Assembly: GCF_006345805.1 (NCBI RefSeq)
Contig: NC_043004.1
Location: 103,478,001 to 103,542,000 of the forward strand
Origin: Octopus sinensis
Taxonomy: Eukaryota
Reading direction: 5' to 3'
Length of the DNA: 64,000 nucleotides
The notes beneath the pieces were generated by a model. That model saw only the letters and a list, made by a program, of their open reading frames with translations. It did no database searches and had not been told where the DNA came from. The position numbers and the translations under genes were made by a program. The stretch's first letter is position 1; each line of letters begins with the position of its first letter. Shown piece by piece: positions 38,001-51,080 of the stretch.

Positions 38001-40477
38001 GTGAGTGAGTCAATGGCCCCAGCCAACAATTCTATCTTACCACTACTGCAGAAATTACACTTAAGCTAACTTCGGTTTTTCTCATTTACTCCAGAACCTG
38101 TTTTGTTTCCAACTTCCAAAGCCATTGTTTAATTTCAAGCGAAATCTCTTGTTTTGACCTAATGACCGTCACCTTCTCTGCTCTGCTCTGTTTTCTGCTT
38201 CTCTTCTATTTATCTCATTTTCTCTCCCCGAATCCTCCGATATTCTCTCTTTCTTACTCTCTCTGTTTTCCTTTTCTTTTAATACACATCTTTTCATTTA
38301 TAATTTCCCGACCAGACTGTTTATAAATTTTTGTTTTATATGTTGTAATTTAACCAGTTAATGGCTAATTATCCTGTTTCTCTTTTACAAAAAGTCACCG
38401 TTGTTTATTTACACTCGATACTTAATATATGCAACTGCAGATAATGATTTATCTTGCTGTGTAATGTTTATATATTCTTCTCGTTGTCGGGAATTTTTCA
38501 TGTATTTATGTTTTAATTTCATATTGAACCTAAAAAATAGTTAATTAATTATTAATTAATTAATTAAACTGCTTCAGACAGAATCCAGCTGGACTTTATA
38601 TATAACAGCCCAATCGACTTTGCCTTTCATCCTTTCGGGGTCGATAAATTAAGTACCAGTGTCGCACTGGAGTCAATGTAATTGACTTAATCCCTTTGTC
38701 TGTCCTTGTTTGTCCCCTCTATGTTTAGCCCCTTGTGGGCAGTAAAGAAATATATATATTTAACAGCCCATGTATAATTTGCAGCAGTAATTCTGATGTG
38801 ATTGTTGGCTATGGAAGGGAGGTTTGATTTGAAATATTATCGTCAACCATATTATCGTTTGTTAATCCAACAGAAAGATATTTACTTAAAACTATTCTAT
38901 AAAGCTTATTTACATGAGACGAGGAGGTCCTTTCCAGTTTTTATCTCCGACTAACATAAAGCTCTTCAGTTGCCGGGGACCAGGACGGTGCACGTGTTTG
39001 GGATGTAGCCGGCAACCATCTCAATTGGGTCAGTTTTAAGCTCTACGTTTTCTTTTGTTTACATGTCAATGACACTTGCTGTTGGACTCCATTATTTCCT
39101 CTCCCGCCTCACAAATATAAATAAAATCCTACCGAATCTCTTTCATTTACATACCACGTCCTTAAGTACCCTTGAGAAAGGCATTATCACCACAACATCC
39201 TATTCCTCCTCGTTTCAATAAATTACTTGCTCCACCTTCATTGAAAACCCTCGTATTGTGAAATATATATATTTCTTTACTACCAACAAGGGGCTAAACA
39301 TAGAGGGGACAAACAAGGACAGACAAAGGGATTAAGTCGATTACATCGACCCCAGTGCGAAATTGGTACTTTATTTATCGACCCCGAAAGGATGAAAGGC
39401 AAAGTCGACCTCGGCGGAATTTGGCACACACACACACACACATGTATATATATATATATATAAATTGTTGTACCCTTAATTAAGGTTTCTCGTCCAACAG
39501 CTGATTAAATTTATAAAACATTCCCTTTATGTGTTGGTATTTAAATCTCGTCCTTCCTTTTTCCCACTGACTATATCTTATAAGTACTTTATTCTCAGTA
39601 TTTTGTTGTCATTTCTCTAATTTTTGCTTTCTTGTGTTTTTTTTTAATCACTGTCACCTTCAAATTTTGTCGAAGAGGAAGAAAGAAATACATACATTTA
39701 TTTTTAATAATGAAATAAAATAGAAACTTTCCCAGTCGATTCGTAAATTATATTTAAAGTGAAAAATCTCTCCAGCTCGTAAACTTTTTATGGTTCTTAA
39801 ATTTTTCCTCTTACTAAAAGAGACAAAGTGACGAAGCAAGATGTGAAGAAATGGCTACCGGGTTTGTGTCATTATTTTCAAAGTTTTCTCATTCCTGAAT
39901 AGCTCTGGCAGTGGTAATAGTGTTGGGGATGGTGGTTAGCCAGGGACGATATTTGCGATATGTGGCTTGAACAATGAACAATGGCAAATAAACGACAACA
40001 AAACAGTACCGAGGGACCTGAGATTCCTGAAACGGTTAACATCTGTCTGAAGTGTCACGTCTTTGGAGATAAAAAGCTTAGGAGGGTCAGGTTGGCAGTT
40101 TATTTATATAAATATATGGAGAGAGAGAGAAGGGTAAGATGAATAACAGCAATATTGTCCTTTCTCTCGAACTTCTTGTCAACAAATGCTGGTTTCACTC
40201 TGATGGGTGAGTGAGGAGGAATTTCTACGTTGAAATTATCTTAAAACGTTAACAAGAAGCGGAGCAAGGGCCTTTCTAAGGGTGTCTGAGAAAGAGAGGA
40301 AGAAGAAAGAAATTGTCTGCGAGCTGTCGTCGAAGTTAAGAGAACGGTTGTCAGTGTTGTGTTGTTAGTCAGTTGAAGGTCGCCTTCACTGACATAGCGT
40401 AAGAGGAACGTTGTCCTCGCACCTTGGAGGGCGGCGGCGGCGGCGATAGCGTGCAGCTGACAGGTGAAACAGCTTGT

Positions 40478-41186
40478 GTATATGTGTGTGTCTATATATA
40501 TATATTTGTGTGTATGTATGTTTCTGTATGCACTTATATATATATATATTGTTCTGAAAGAATATGTGTCTATATATTTGTGTGTATGTATGTTTGTGTA
40601 TACACTTATATATATATATTGTTCTGAAAGAATATGTGTCTATATATATATTTGTGTGTATGTATGTTTGTGTATACACTTATATATATATATTGTTCTG
40701 AAAGAATATGTGTCTATATATTTGTGTGTATGTATGTTTCTGTATGCACTTATATATATATATATTGTTCTGAAAGAATATGTGTCTATATATTTGTGTG
40801 TATGTATGTTTGTGTATACACTTATATATATATATTGTTCTGAAAGAATATGTGTCTATATATATATTTGTGTGTATGTATGTTTCTGTATGCACTTATA
40901 TATATATATTGTTCTGAAAGAATATGTGTCTATATATATATTTGTGTGTATGTATGTTTGTGTATACACTTATATATATATATATTGTTCTGAAAGAATA
41001 TGTGTCTATATATTTGTGTGTATGTATGTTTGTGTATACACTTATATATATATATATTGTTCTGAAAGAATATGTGTCTATATATTTGTGTGTATGTATG
41101 TTTGTGTATACACTTATATATATATATATTGTTCTGAAAGAATATGTCTATATATATATTTGTGTGTATGTATGTTTGTGTATACA

Positions 41187-41274
<88 letters not shown>

Positions 41275-41290
41275 CTGAAAGAATATCCTA
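40478..41290. repeat. Minisatellite, ~68-74-bp unit, ~10-11 copies
   Basis: Anchor ttgttctgaaagaata occurs 10 times; unit length varies through embedded (TA)n. Confidence 0.95.
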
Positions 41291-42507
41291 CGATGCATGC
41301 GTTTTTGTTCATACATTTTCTTACGTACTAAAAAGAAAAGAAAAATAATTCTTCAAGTATTATTGCAAGTAGATGTTATGTTGGGATTAGCATCATGACA
41401 GTCCTATCACGTTTTGCTACTAGTTTAGGGTAGTTCTAGTATAAGTAGTGATTAATTTTTCTTATTCGTTTTTTCTTTCTTCTTTCTCTCTTTTTTTTTA
41501 ACTATGTAAATATAGATACCAACCAACCTAAACAATTTTGTCGTTCTTTATGGAAATAAGCTGGGAACATTAATACACCCTTAGAAAAAAAAAAAAAAAA
41601 AAACCCTGTTCCCCGACCCCTGTCATTTTCGATCAGATCTATCTCACACATCACCCAATATGTTATGTCAAAACTTGTGTTTTATAATATTTATATTCTA
41701 GGTTGAATCGTCTGGAATCTTTGACGTTCAGTTAATTTACGTCGATTAAAGACATTTAAATCATTTAGTCACTCGGATATTTTCTTTATTCTAAATATCA
41801 GTCTGTCTATCTCTTCCTCACTCTCTCTCTCCTCGGTAAAATCCAAGAATAGGTATCTTTCGGATTTTACTAAATCGCCTTTGTTATTATAACCCGGCTG
41901 ACTCAGTTCCATTGTTGCCGTTTCCATAGAGGTCAACATCCTGATCTTAGTCTTTCTCTCTCTCCAGCCAACCTTGCTCTAACAAACATATCTACAGACT
42001 GGAAAAACAGCTTCTTTCCTCTCTCTCTCTCTCTTGTTTCTACGTTACGTTGTTCCAACGTAACGGGAAATGCTTTCCAACTGTTCGTTTTCGATAGCAT
42101 CTCAAAGATGAATAATGATGCTTCTGGACATTGGCGGGAGGGGGAATAGATAAAAAAGCTCAATATCTTGAAATGAAAATAAGGAAGTTCCATCCATACA
42201 CACATACACACAAACGGCGCGCGAGTGCCAAATGATGTAACGTAAGCCCTCTTCCTTAAATATACAGACCCCTCTTCCCACAGCCTTCCCTAAAAACTCT
42301 TGTGCTACATACAATTTGACAGTTGACTGTTTTGGGTTTCGTTCTAACCAATTTTAGATATGTGAATACGGAGCGGCGCTGGTGTGTGTGTGTTCTACAG
42401 AGTGTTCGCCAATATTTTAGCGAAGCTTTTCATATTCTTAAGGTACAAATTTCTTATCCCACGGGCGATTTTACAACTTTTCCCTATCCTTATTATAGAT
42501 GAGTGAC

Positions 42508-42571
<64 letters not shown>

Positions 42572-45500
42572 CATATATATATATATGTGTGTGTGTGTGT
42601 GTTATGGACACACCCAGAGGATGCATATAGAAGTACACGTGTGTGTGTGTGTATATATATGTGTATGAATAATGTTCTTAGGGGTTAACATATTTTCCCC
42701 GTGAAATCTGTAGTCAGACGAGAGAGAAAGAAAGAGAGAGTTTTATAATGCGTTATTGTATCTATTGAAGGAATTTGAAAAGGGGGCGATGATGTGAAAG
42801 CCGGCTCCTTATAACTGTGGTCTTTTGTGAGACCGACCGCTAATGCCATCATATGCTCAGAGCATGACCTAGATGCTGGTTGGGCTTGGCTGCTTGTGGA
42901 AGGAAGAGGAGGATGGAGATGATACTGTATTATCTATATCCTTAATTGATATGTCCTATAGCTTTCTCTATTCTAGCTAGCTGGCGTCTGCTTCTTTAAA
43001 TTGTTTGCTTGCACTGCTAAGTCAAAAGAGCTGACTTTACACCTGATCCTCCCCACCTCTGGCATCTCTCTCTCTCTTTCTCTCTCTCGTATGTGTTTGT
43101 TTTGTCTTACAAGTGTGCGCATCTGTGTTGTGCATATTCTGTTTGTGTCGGCGGCGTAGTTGTTATGCGATGGAGACTGGCAAGAAACAACACTGCTTTT
43201 GATGTCATCTAATGATTTTCAGCACGTAGACACACACAATCCTGTGTGCGTGTGTGTGTGTGTAGCTTTTACTCTTGTTGCTTTTGCTTAGTGTTTGTGT
43301 TATTAATACACCTATCAGCAATATTGCTTGCTTTGAAGTGCAGGAGTACTCTTGTGGAGTAATGTGTCCTTTGTGTGGCGAAGAAAATGTGTCTACGCAT
43401 CTGTTATATAAATGTATGTGCGTGTGTGTGTATATGCTTATTCTGATGTAGTCGTACATGCATCTTGTACGGACATATGCATATTTAAGTGTATGAATAT
43501 GCGTTTGTTTATGTATTTATAAATATATATTATGCATGTGTTCTGTCATTGAAACAGGGAATGACTGACTTAAACGAAGTCACTGATGTGTATTTGAGAA
43601 AAATTGAGATATTAAATGTATTCAACATACTCAAACAGTTTAATAAACCTCATATAGTCTCCTATTCTACGTTTTCTTTGTTCCATTGAATCAATCGAAG
43701 CAGACTTGTGGAATCTGGATACTGATTTTAAATTTCATTCGTAGATCTAAATGTGTGAACTTATATTTCAAGATAATTATTTCATCACGACCTTTACGGC
43801 CTGTAATTTATTTTGTATGTCAAAAATATAAGTAATTCAGTTAGTGGAGCTTAAAGTTCTATTTATTTATTTATGCTCATATCTGTATGGCGGCTATTGT
43901 TTAACTTCAAGTTTGCTTCTTATCGAGTGGATCTATCATCAAAGTTGTTTCCAGCTTTATGGAAATAAGGGAGATAGGCCGCTTCTTTGTTTTTAGCGTA
44001 TTTCAGTTTCCTACGTAGAATGTCCCTTGTTGAGAACCCCGTTAGAATTAGTAGATTTAGTATCTATAGTTTACATATTTATAATTTTGGCTTTCATTAT
44101 TTCAGACTCTCTCTCTGTATGTTTGTGTGTGTATGTATATATATATACATACACACACATACATTAATCAAAATATTCGCTTTACAATCACGAGGCTCGA
44201 TCTGATTGGGCATCACCTTCGGAAAACTTATACACCCAAGCCTTTTGAATCAAATTGATGAAACTGCGAGCTGTAAGGTTCGAAAGTCCAGCTTTGTGTG
44301 TGTACGTGTGTGCATGCGTTGGACGTTTTACTAAGTTTTACAATTGGTGTCTATCTTTTATGAAAATTCGTTTCGCTTCTAGGATGATTTATGGGAATAT
44401 TGACTCCAATACTTGACTGATAGTTTATTTTATCAACCTTGGAAGAATCAAAGACGAAATTGACCTCTGTAGCATAGTGCCATCTTAAGGCTTGGGCACA
44501 CTGTGTAATTGCCCAAGGACCCTACAGGCTAGGGGCTCAATTCTGATCTATGCTTTGCTTTGCTGTCAATCAAATACTATAGAACTTATTTCATTCATTT
44601 TTCCCGAGGGCTTACAATGCTACTAAGACTGCCCCGAGTGGGATTCGAACTTGGTACATAAAATACTGTAATTTGTCCGACTCTCTAAAGATCTTTTACC
44701 AATCCATCACATATGATTTGGCATTGGTCTGATGTTGTAAATTGCAGAAAAACTACGAACTACTTGTGCCAACAAGGAAGTGTCTAAACGGTAGTTTAAC
44801 TTGTTCAATGTAGCAGCTAAATAAGGGAACCTCTACGTTTTTGATCGAGCTGCTAGACATAGCAGTCAAATCTCTTAAAAAGACCTGTTGGATACTATGT
44901 ATGAAAAATGAGTGTCATTCTCGATTCTAAGTCTGCTGGATCAGGACAGACTTGCAGTTAATCAACTGCAACTACCTAACCTGCTCTCCTCTTTAAAATA
45001 CAGACAATACCTTAAAATTTAAGGTCATCCTGCTTACAGTAATGGAAGAACGACGATTTAAGAACACTGATTGAGTATATTTTGATATTCCAGCCATACC
45101 TGTACATCGAGGGTGTTGGATATTTTTGGTTGTTGCTTTTTATTGTTATGGGTTTCTCATTCAAGCGGATCTGAGTGCTGCTACTCAACAATGAAGAAAG
45201 GTCTTTTAAACTATCATGATGGAATTTGTGGTTGTGGGACATTCATTTTGTTCCAGCATAATCTTTTGGTTTACATAATTATTCTCAATAATTGCAGAAT
45301 GTACTGCGGGGGGGGGGGAAGATGTGATAATTTCTGACATTGACATCAGTTCAGAAATTTTATGGAAGAGATGAGTCGGTTAACTCAGTTTCAGTAAATT
45401 ACTGGCTTTTTTTTTCTTTTTAAATCAACCAAAGAAAGATGAAAGGCAAAGTTGACTCCAGATTGAATTTAAACTCAATGTAATGGGTTGCATCTAAATA

Positions 45501-46224
45501 CAGCAGATGTGGCTTTACTGGTTCAGGTACTTGATTGACCCTTGATAGTAAGGACACAAGGTACTTGATTGACCTTTGATAATAAAGGCCACAAATTTGT
45601 TTGGCGACACATTGTCTTCAAAATTGAAACTAATGCATGACATACTTTATCAGCATTGAAAGGATAACTTCTGTAAGATTTGCACTTGAATGCATAGAGA
45701 CAGAATCAATACCCCTAAGCATCTAATGATGTTTATCTATCCACCACTCTTTAATGAACAATAATTAAAGCAAGCAATTGACTTTAGTCTGTTTGTTGTA
45801 GGGCATTGAGTCTAAAATCCTGATCACATACCACACTAAATTCCTTATAGAGTTTCTCTGTTCCTTCGTGTTGTGGATACAGGTCCTGCTATAGGATCTC
45901 TTTCTCTTTATCCTCTGAAGCTTGCTGTTTAATCCCAGGTCAACTCTCATCCAGCCAACCTATGATCGAAAGCATTACTCTTCTTAAGGTATAGTGATTC
46001 GAGGACAACATCCTGGCTTCACAAATTCCTATATTTTGTACTTTGGTGCTGACATGGCTGTGTGGTTTAGACGCTTGCTTCTCAGCCACACGCTGTTGCT
46101 CTTGGGTTCGCTCCCACTGCATGGCACCTTGGGAAAGTGTCTTCTAAAGCCTTGGACTAACCAAAACCTTGTGAGTGGATCTAGTTGATGGAAACTGAAA
46201 GAAGCCCTTGGTGACCCTGCTGGT

Positions 46225-46415
46225 GCTGGTCCCATGTAAAAAGTACTCAGTACCCTCTGTAAAGTGATTGGCATTAGGTAAAGAGGTCGGCCTCCAGCTG
46301 TAGAAGCCATGCCAAAGCAGACAGTGGTGCTTGGTATAGTCCTCTGGCTTGCTAGCTCCTGTCAAGCCATCCAGCGCTTGCCAGCATAGAAAATGGATGT
46401 TAAATGATGATGAAT
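46225..46415 (+). mobile_element. 5'-truncated RTE LINE (3' UTR only)
   Basis: Matches the 3' UTR at 62105-62330; ends ttaaatgatgatga. Confidence 0.65.
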
Positions 46416-46966
46416 ATATATATAATGACTGTATTTTTATGTTTACCTTTATATTTGACATCATGTGAGGATTATAAATGAGCATGTTTGTTTCCAAATC
46501 ATCTGTGAAAAATGTCTAGCCATGGGAAATATTAACTTGTTTGGAAACAGGTGAGGGTTTGGCAATGGAAAGGGCATCTGGCCTTAGAAAATCTGCCTCA
46601 ACAAATTTTACCTAACTCATGCAAACATGAAAAGTGATTGTGAAATGATAATAAAAATTATATATAAATATATGAGTTTAGTGGGCTATACTATAAAGCG
46701 GACATTAAATGATGATGATGATGATTATCTGGGATATATTATGTGGGAGCTCTCAGTTGCGTTCCAGGTTATGGCTAACCACATTGAGTAGTATTTACTA
46801 GGAGTTGATACTACATGCTGTAAATTCCTCCAAAGTGTAATTCCATCTTTCCCTCATTGGATAGTAATATTTTCTGGAGTGCATATTAGCAATAATTTAT
46901 AACAATAGAGAATATGGAGACTAGTATATCCTCAATTTATTTCCTTTTATTTTAGAATGTCATATA

Positions 46967-47313
46967 GGCGTGGCTGTGTGGTAAGAAGCTTGCTTCCTAA
47001 CCACATGGTTCCAGGTTCAGTCCCACTGCTTGGCACCTATAGCCTCGGGCCAACCAAAACCTTGTGAGTGGATTTGGTTGAAGGAAACTTGAAGAAGCCT
47101 ATTGTGTATGTGTGACCGCGTGTGTACCATTGGCGATTTTTTTTTTTCCTCTGTCTTCCCTTCTCTGGATCTTTCCTTCTATGTTTCCGACGAAGAGTTC
47201 TGCTCGAAACGTTAAACTCTCCTTCTTTCCTTCTTTCCTGAGCATCCAATAATACTATATTTGTTCCACGTCCTCGCGTTGTTGTGTTTTTTTGTGCTTT
47301 CTTGTTTGGATTA

Positions 47314-47359
<46 letters not shown>

Positions 47360-47588
47360 GTATATATTTGTGTCTGTTTGTCCCTCCTCCCCCTGCCATC
47401 ACTTGACAATTGATGCTAGTGTGCTTGTTACCATAACTTGGCAGTTAAGCAAGAGAGACTGATAGAATAAGTACTAGGCTTACAAAGAACAAGTGCTGGG
47501 GTCGATATCTTTGACGAACACCCTTTTTAAGGCAGTGCTCCAGTATGGCCGCAGTCAAATGCCTGAAACAAGTAAAAGAATAAAAGAA
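46967..47588 (+). mobile_element. SINE family B hosting a Penelope-like insert (47130-47320)
   Basis: Family B head before and body/tail after the insert. Confidence 0.8.
47183..47217 (+). ncRNA. Minimal type I hammerhead ribozyme fold with U4C
   Basis: GUUU-CCGACGA-A-GAG(uucug)CUC-GAAA-CG-UU|AAAC. Confidence 0.6.
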
Positions 47589-47784
47589 TAACATATTTTT
47601 ATGATTGAAAGACCCTGAAAGAAGCTGCTCAGAAAATTATGCCCAGTTACATGCACAACTGCACATACTCTGTGCAGTGGATGCATATGTAGGTCATACG
47701 CTGTATGACATTGTAAAATAAAAGGAAATAAATTGAGGATGTACCAGTCTTCCTATTCTGTCATTATAATTATGGCTTATATAT

Positions 47785-47828
<44 letters not shown>

Positions 47829-48064
47829 CACACACACATACATATATATATATATACAAGAGTTAAGGAATGGAGTAGGTAAAATCCAGGTGACATATGG
47901 TTCATAGCGAGTAGAACCTTGGAAGTGGCAAATATCCAAGCAAGGTGTATACCACAGGCTACTCTTCAGGCCAAGGGTATCTTGATTAAATGAAAGTTTC
48001 CATTGTTACAAGGAGGTGCATGTTAACACATGGAAAACTCAACTATACATATATATATATAGTT

Positions 48065-48380
48065 GATATCCGTGCTGGTGGCACATAAAAAGCACCACCC
48101 GGACGTGGCCGATGCCAGCGCCGCCTTGACTGATGTCCATGCCGGTGGCACGTAAAAAGCATCAGCCGATTGTGGCTGTTGCCAGCCTCCTCTGGTCCCT
48201 GTGTCGGTGGCACGTAAAAAGCACCCACTACACTCACAGAGTGGTTGGCATTAAGAAGGGCATCAGGCTGTAGAAACAGCGCCAGATCAGACTGGAGCCT
48301 AGTGCAGCCTCCTGGCTTCCCAGACCCCGGTCGAACCGTCCAACCCATGCTAGCATGGAAAACAGTCATTAAACGATGAT
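48065..48380 (+). mobile_element. 5'-truncated RTE LINE 3' UTR with three ggtggcacgtaaaaagca subrepeats
   Basis: Ends cattaaacgatgat; same family as 46225, 52165, 54250, 55470, 57350 and 62105. Confidence 0.7.
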
Positions 48381-48399
48381 ATATATATATATATATCTT

Positions 48400-48570
48400 G
48401 TAAACTTACCTTGTATTCAATATTTCGGGATTATGACCCCATTTTCAAGGTAAATCACAAGAAAAATATATGTATTAATGTAGACTTGTATTCAATATTT
48501 TGGGGTTGAAAATGGGGTTATGACCCCAAAATATTGAATACAAGGTAAGTCTACATTAATTCATATATTT
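48400..48570. mobile_element. Small palindromic MITE-like element
   Basis: cttaccttgtattcaatattt / aaatattgaatacaaggtaag inverted ends, with an internal partial copy. Confidence 0.55.
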
Positions 48571-49081
48571 GATTTCCTTTGCATTTCCCTCGCATTGTTT
48601 TGGCCTTACCCATGTTCCTTTATACAATATATTTCTACACAATGCTTCACAGTAATTATTCCGTTATATATAATCCTGGATCAACATGATGTGCATTTTA
48701 TGGCAGTAGACGGTGATTTAAGAGATTCCACTGCTATTTCTAGCTGGTTGTGACACCATGTAGAGTCTCCCGCATTGGCTTCTAGTTGTGTGTTCACTTC
48801 AGCTGACTGTTGTAATTACTGGGGGGGGGGGGGGGGGGGCTATAGATATTTGCCATGTTATTGAAGTTACTTGTCTGTGTTCCTTGTGTGGGAGTGTCAT
48901 GAGTGGGAGTCTAAGCTTGATTAACCCGAAACTTTAATCAGTCTTTAATCAGTAACGAGCGAGGCAGAAATATCAAATTAACTCGAAAGAACTGATAAAG
49001 TTTGCAACTATTTTGGTCAACATCTGTGATATGCACACACACACACACTCACTCACACTCACAGTAGTGGTTGTATATCTG

Positions 49082-49400
49082 TGAAGGTGACTTAGTGGTT
49101 AGGGTACTCGGCTCACAATCGTGAGATCGTGAGTTCAATTCCTGGTGACCTGTTGTCCTTGAACAAGACACTTTATTTCCCATTACCCCAGTCCATTCAG
49201 CTGGTGACAATGGGCAGTGCCTGTATTTCAAAAGGTCAGCCTTATCACACTCTGTGTCCCGCTGACTCTCCCTGGGAACTATGTTAAGGGTAAATGTGTC
49301 TGTGGAGTGCTCAGCCACATGCATGCTAATTTCATGAGCAGGCTGTTCCATTGATTGGATCAACTGGAACACTCATTCTCATAACTGATAGAGTGCCAGT
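49082..49400 (+). mobile_element. Old SINE A-related copy, CpG-decayed
   Basis: tRNA-like head, central motif and family A 3' body. Confidence 0.7.
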
Positions 49401-49439
49401 TAATGTATGTATATATGACTTTTCTTTTTTTTTCTTTTT

Positions 49440-49833
49440 CTTTTTTACTTGTTTCAGTCATTTTGACTGCGGCCATGCTGGAGCACCACCTTCAATCGAG
49501 CAACTCGACCCCGGGATTTTTTCTTTGTAAGCCCAGTACTTATTCTATCGGTCTCTTTTGCCGAACCACTAAGTGACGGGGGCATAAACACACCAGCATC
49601 GGTTGTCAAGCAATGCTAGGGGGACAAACATAGACACACAAACATACACGCACATACATATATATACATATATACGACGGGCTTCTTTCAGTTTCCGTCA
49701 ACCGAATCCACTCACAAGGCTTCGGTCGGCCCGAGGCTATAGTAGAAGACACTTGCCCAAGGTGCCACACAGTGGGACTGAACCCGGAACCATGTGGTTG
49801 GTAAACAAGCTACTTACCACACAGCCACTCCAT
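49440..49833 (-). mobile_element. SINE family B, young copy
   Basis: Complete match to family B. Confidence 0.88.
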
Positions 49834-50790
49834 CGCCTTGTATAAACAAGATTACAAGCGTATTGGCTTTTTCATTATCATTGTTTTATCGTCCTCTTTT
49901 TCCTGTTGGCATGGGTTAGACAAAATTTGTTGAAGGATATTTTCTATGACAGGATGTTCTTCTATTAGCAACTTTCACTTGTTTTCAAGCAAAGTTATAT
50001 TTCTCTTTGGCCTGACATCTTTCACGGAAGACTGGAAACAAACAAACTTGCTTGTAAACGGGTGAGGTTCATTTACAACCATCATATGATGTCAAGACAA
50101 GGGTACACATAAATATATATATATATACATATTGCTGTCTTGGGAAGGTCAATATGCCAATAACGGTGACACATACTGGTTCAATTTCACTTCGTTATTA
50201 TCCGTTAATTGATTAGCCATTTCAAACAGACCTGGAGTAGAAAGAATATCATTGAAGTGGTTGCGAATAGCGATGAAAGGACTCAGTAAACACAACTGAC
50301 TGATTGATTAACCAGGTGATTAATCAATCGATTTAGTTAGTTGGTTAAGTAGCTGATTGATAATAAACTAATTGATGAATAACGAAGAAAAGAAATAAAA
50401 ACCAGTATGCATGTTTATTATTGTGAGATACAACAAAATCATAATTTCAACACATGATTTCACATCAAGAATCTTGGAAACCAAATACAAAATGAAATAT
50501 ATATATATACTCAACCACATGGTTCTGAGTTCAGTCCCTCTGCGTGGCACCCTGGGTAAGTATCTTCTACTATATCCTTGGGCTGACCAAAGTCTTGTGA
50601 GTGGATTTGGTAGATGGAAACTGAAAGATTGTTGTATGTGTATTTGTATATGTGTGTGTGTGTCTGTTTGTCCCCCAATTACCACTTGGCAACTAGTATT
50701 GGTATACATTATTTACGTTATTTACATTAGATGGATATTTGTCCTCATCTTCTTTGTTGTTAGCCCAACGTTTCGGCTGATATGCCTATG

Positions 50791-51080
50791 GGCATATGGC
50801 GTAGTGGTTAAGAGCATGGGCTACTAACCCCAAGATTCCGAGTTCGATTCCAAGCAGTGACCTGAACACTAATAATAATAATAATAATAATAATAATGAT
50901 AATAATAACATCGAAAAATACCTTAGGAATGAGAACCCAGGTTCGAAATTTCCCCAAGACACCTGAAGAAGGCTGGAGGGTATATCAGCTGAAACGTTGT
51001 GTTAACAACAAACAAGATGAGGACAAATATCCGTCGAATGTAAATAATGTACATAATTCCTCATCTCTTAAATATAGAAT
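50791..51080 (+). mobile_element. tRNA-like head + (AAT)n + Penelope-like tail carrying a hammerhead fold
   Basis: A box TGGCGTAGTGG (50797-50807), B box GAGTTCGATTCC (50840-50851), (AAT)n at ~50870-50910, hammerhead at 50958-51003; inverted partial copy at 50704-50786. Confidence 0.7.
50958..51003 (+). ncRNA. Minimal type I hammerhead ribozyme fold
   Basis: GACAC-CUGAAGA-A-GGCUG(gaggguauau)CAGCU-GAAA-CG-UU|GUGUU; palindromic ACGU helix III of the Penelope-type minimal hammerheads. Confidence 0.75.

Noticed and set aside
40464-41348. Longest ORF (294 aa), and its ~70-bp repeats as a possible CRISPR-like array
   Set aside because: It is a TA-rich minisatellite; the intervening sequence is repeated rather than unique spacers, and there are no cas genes.
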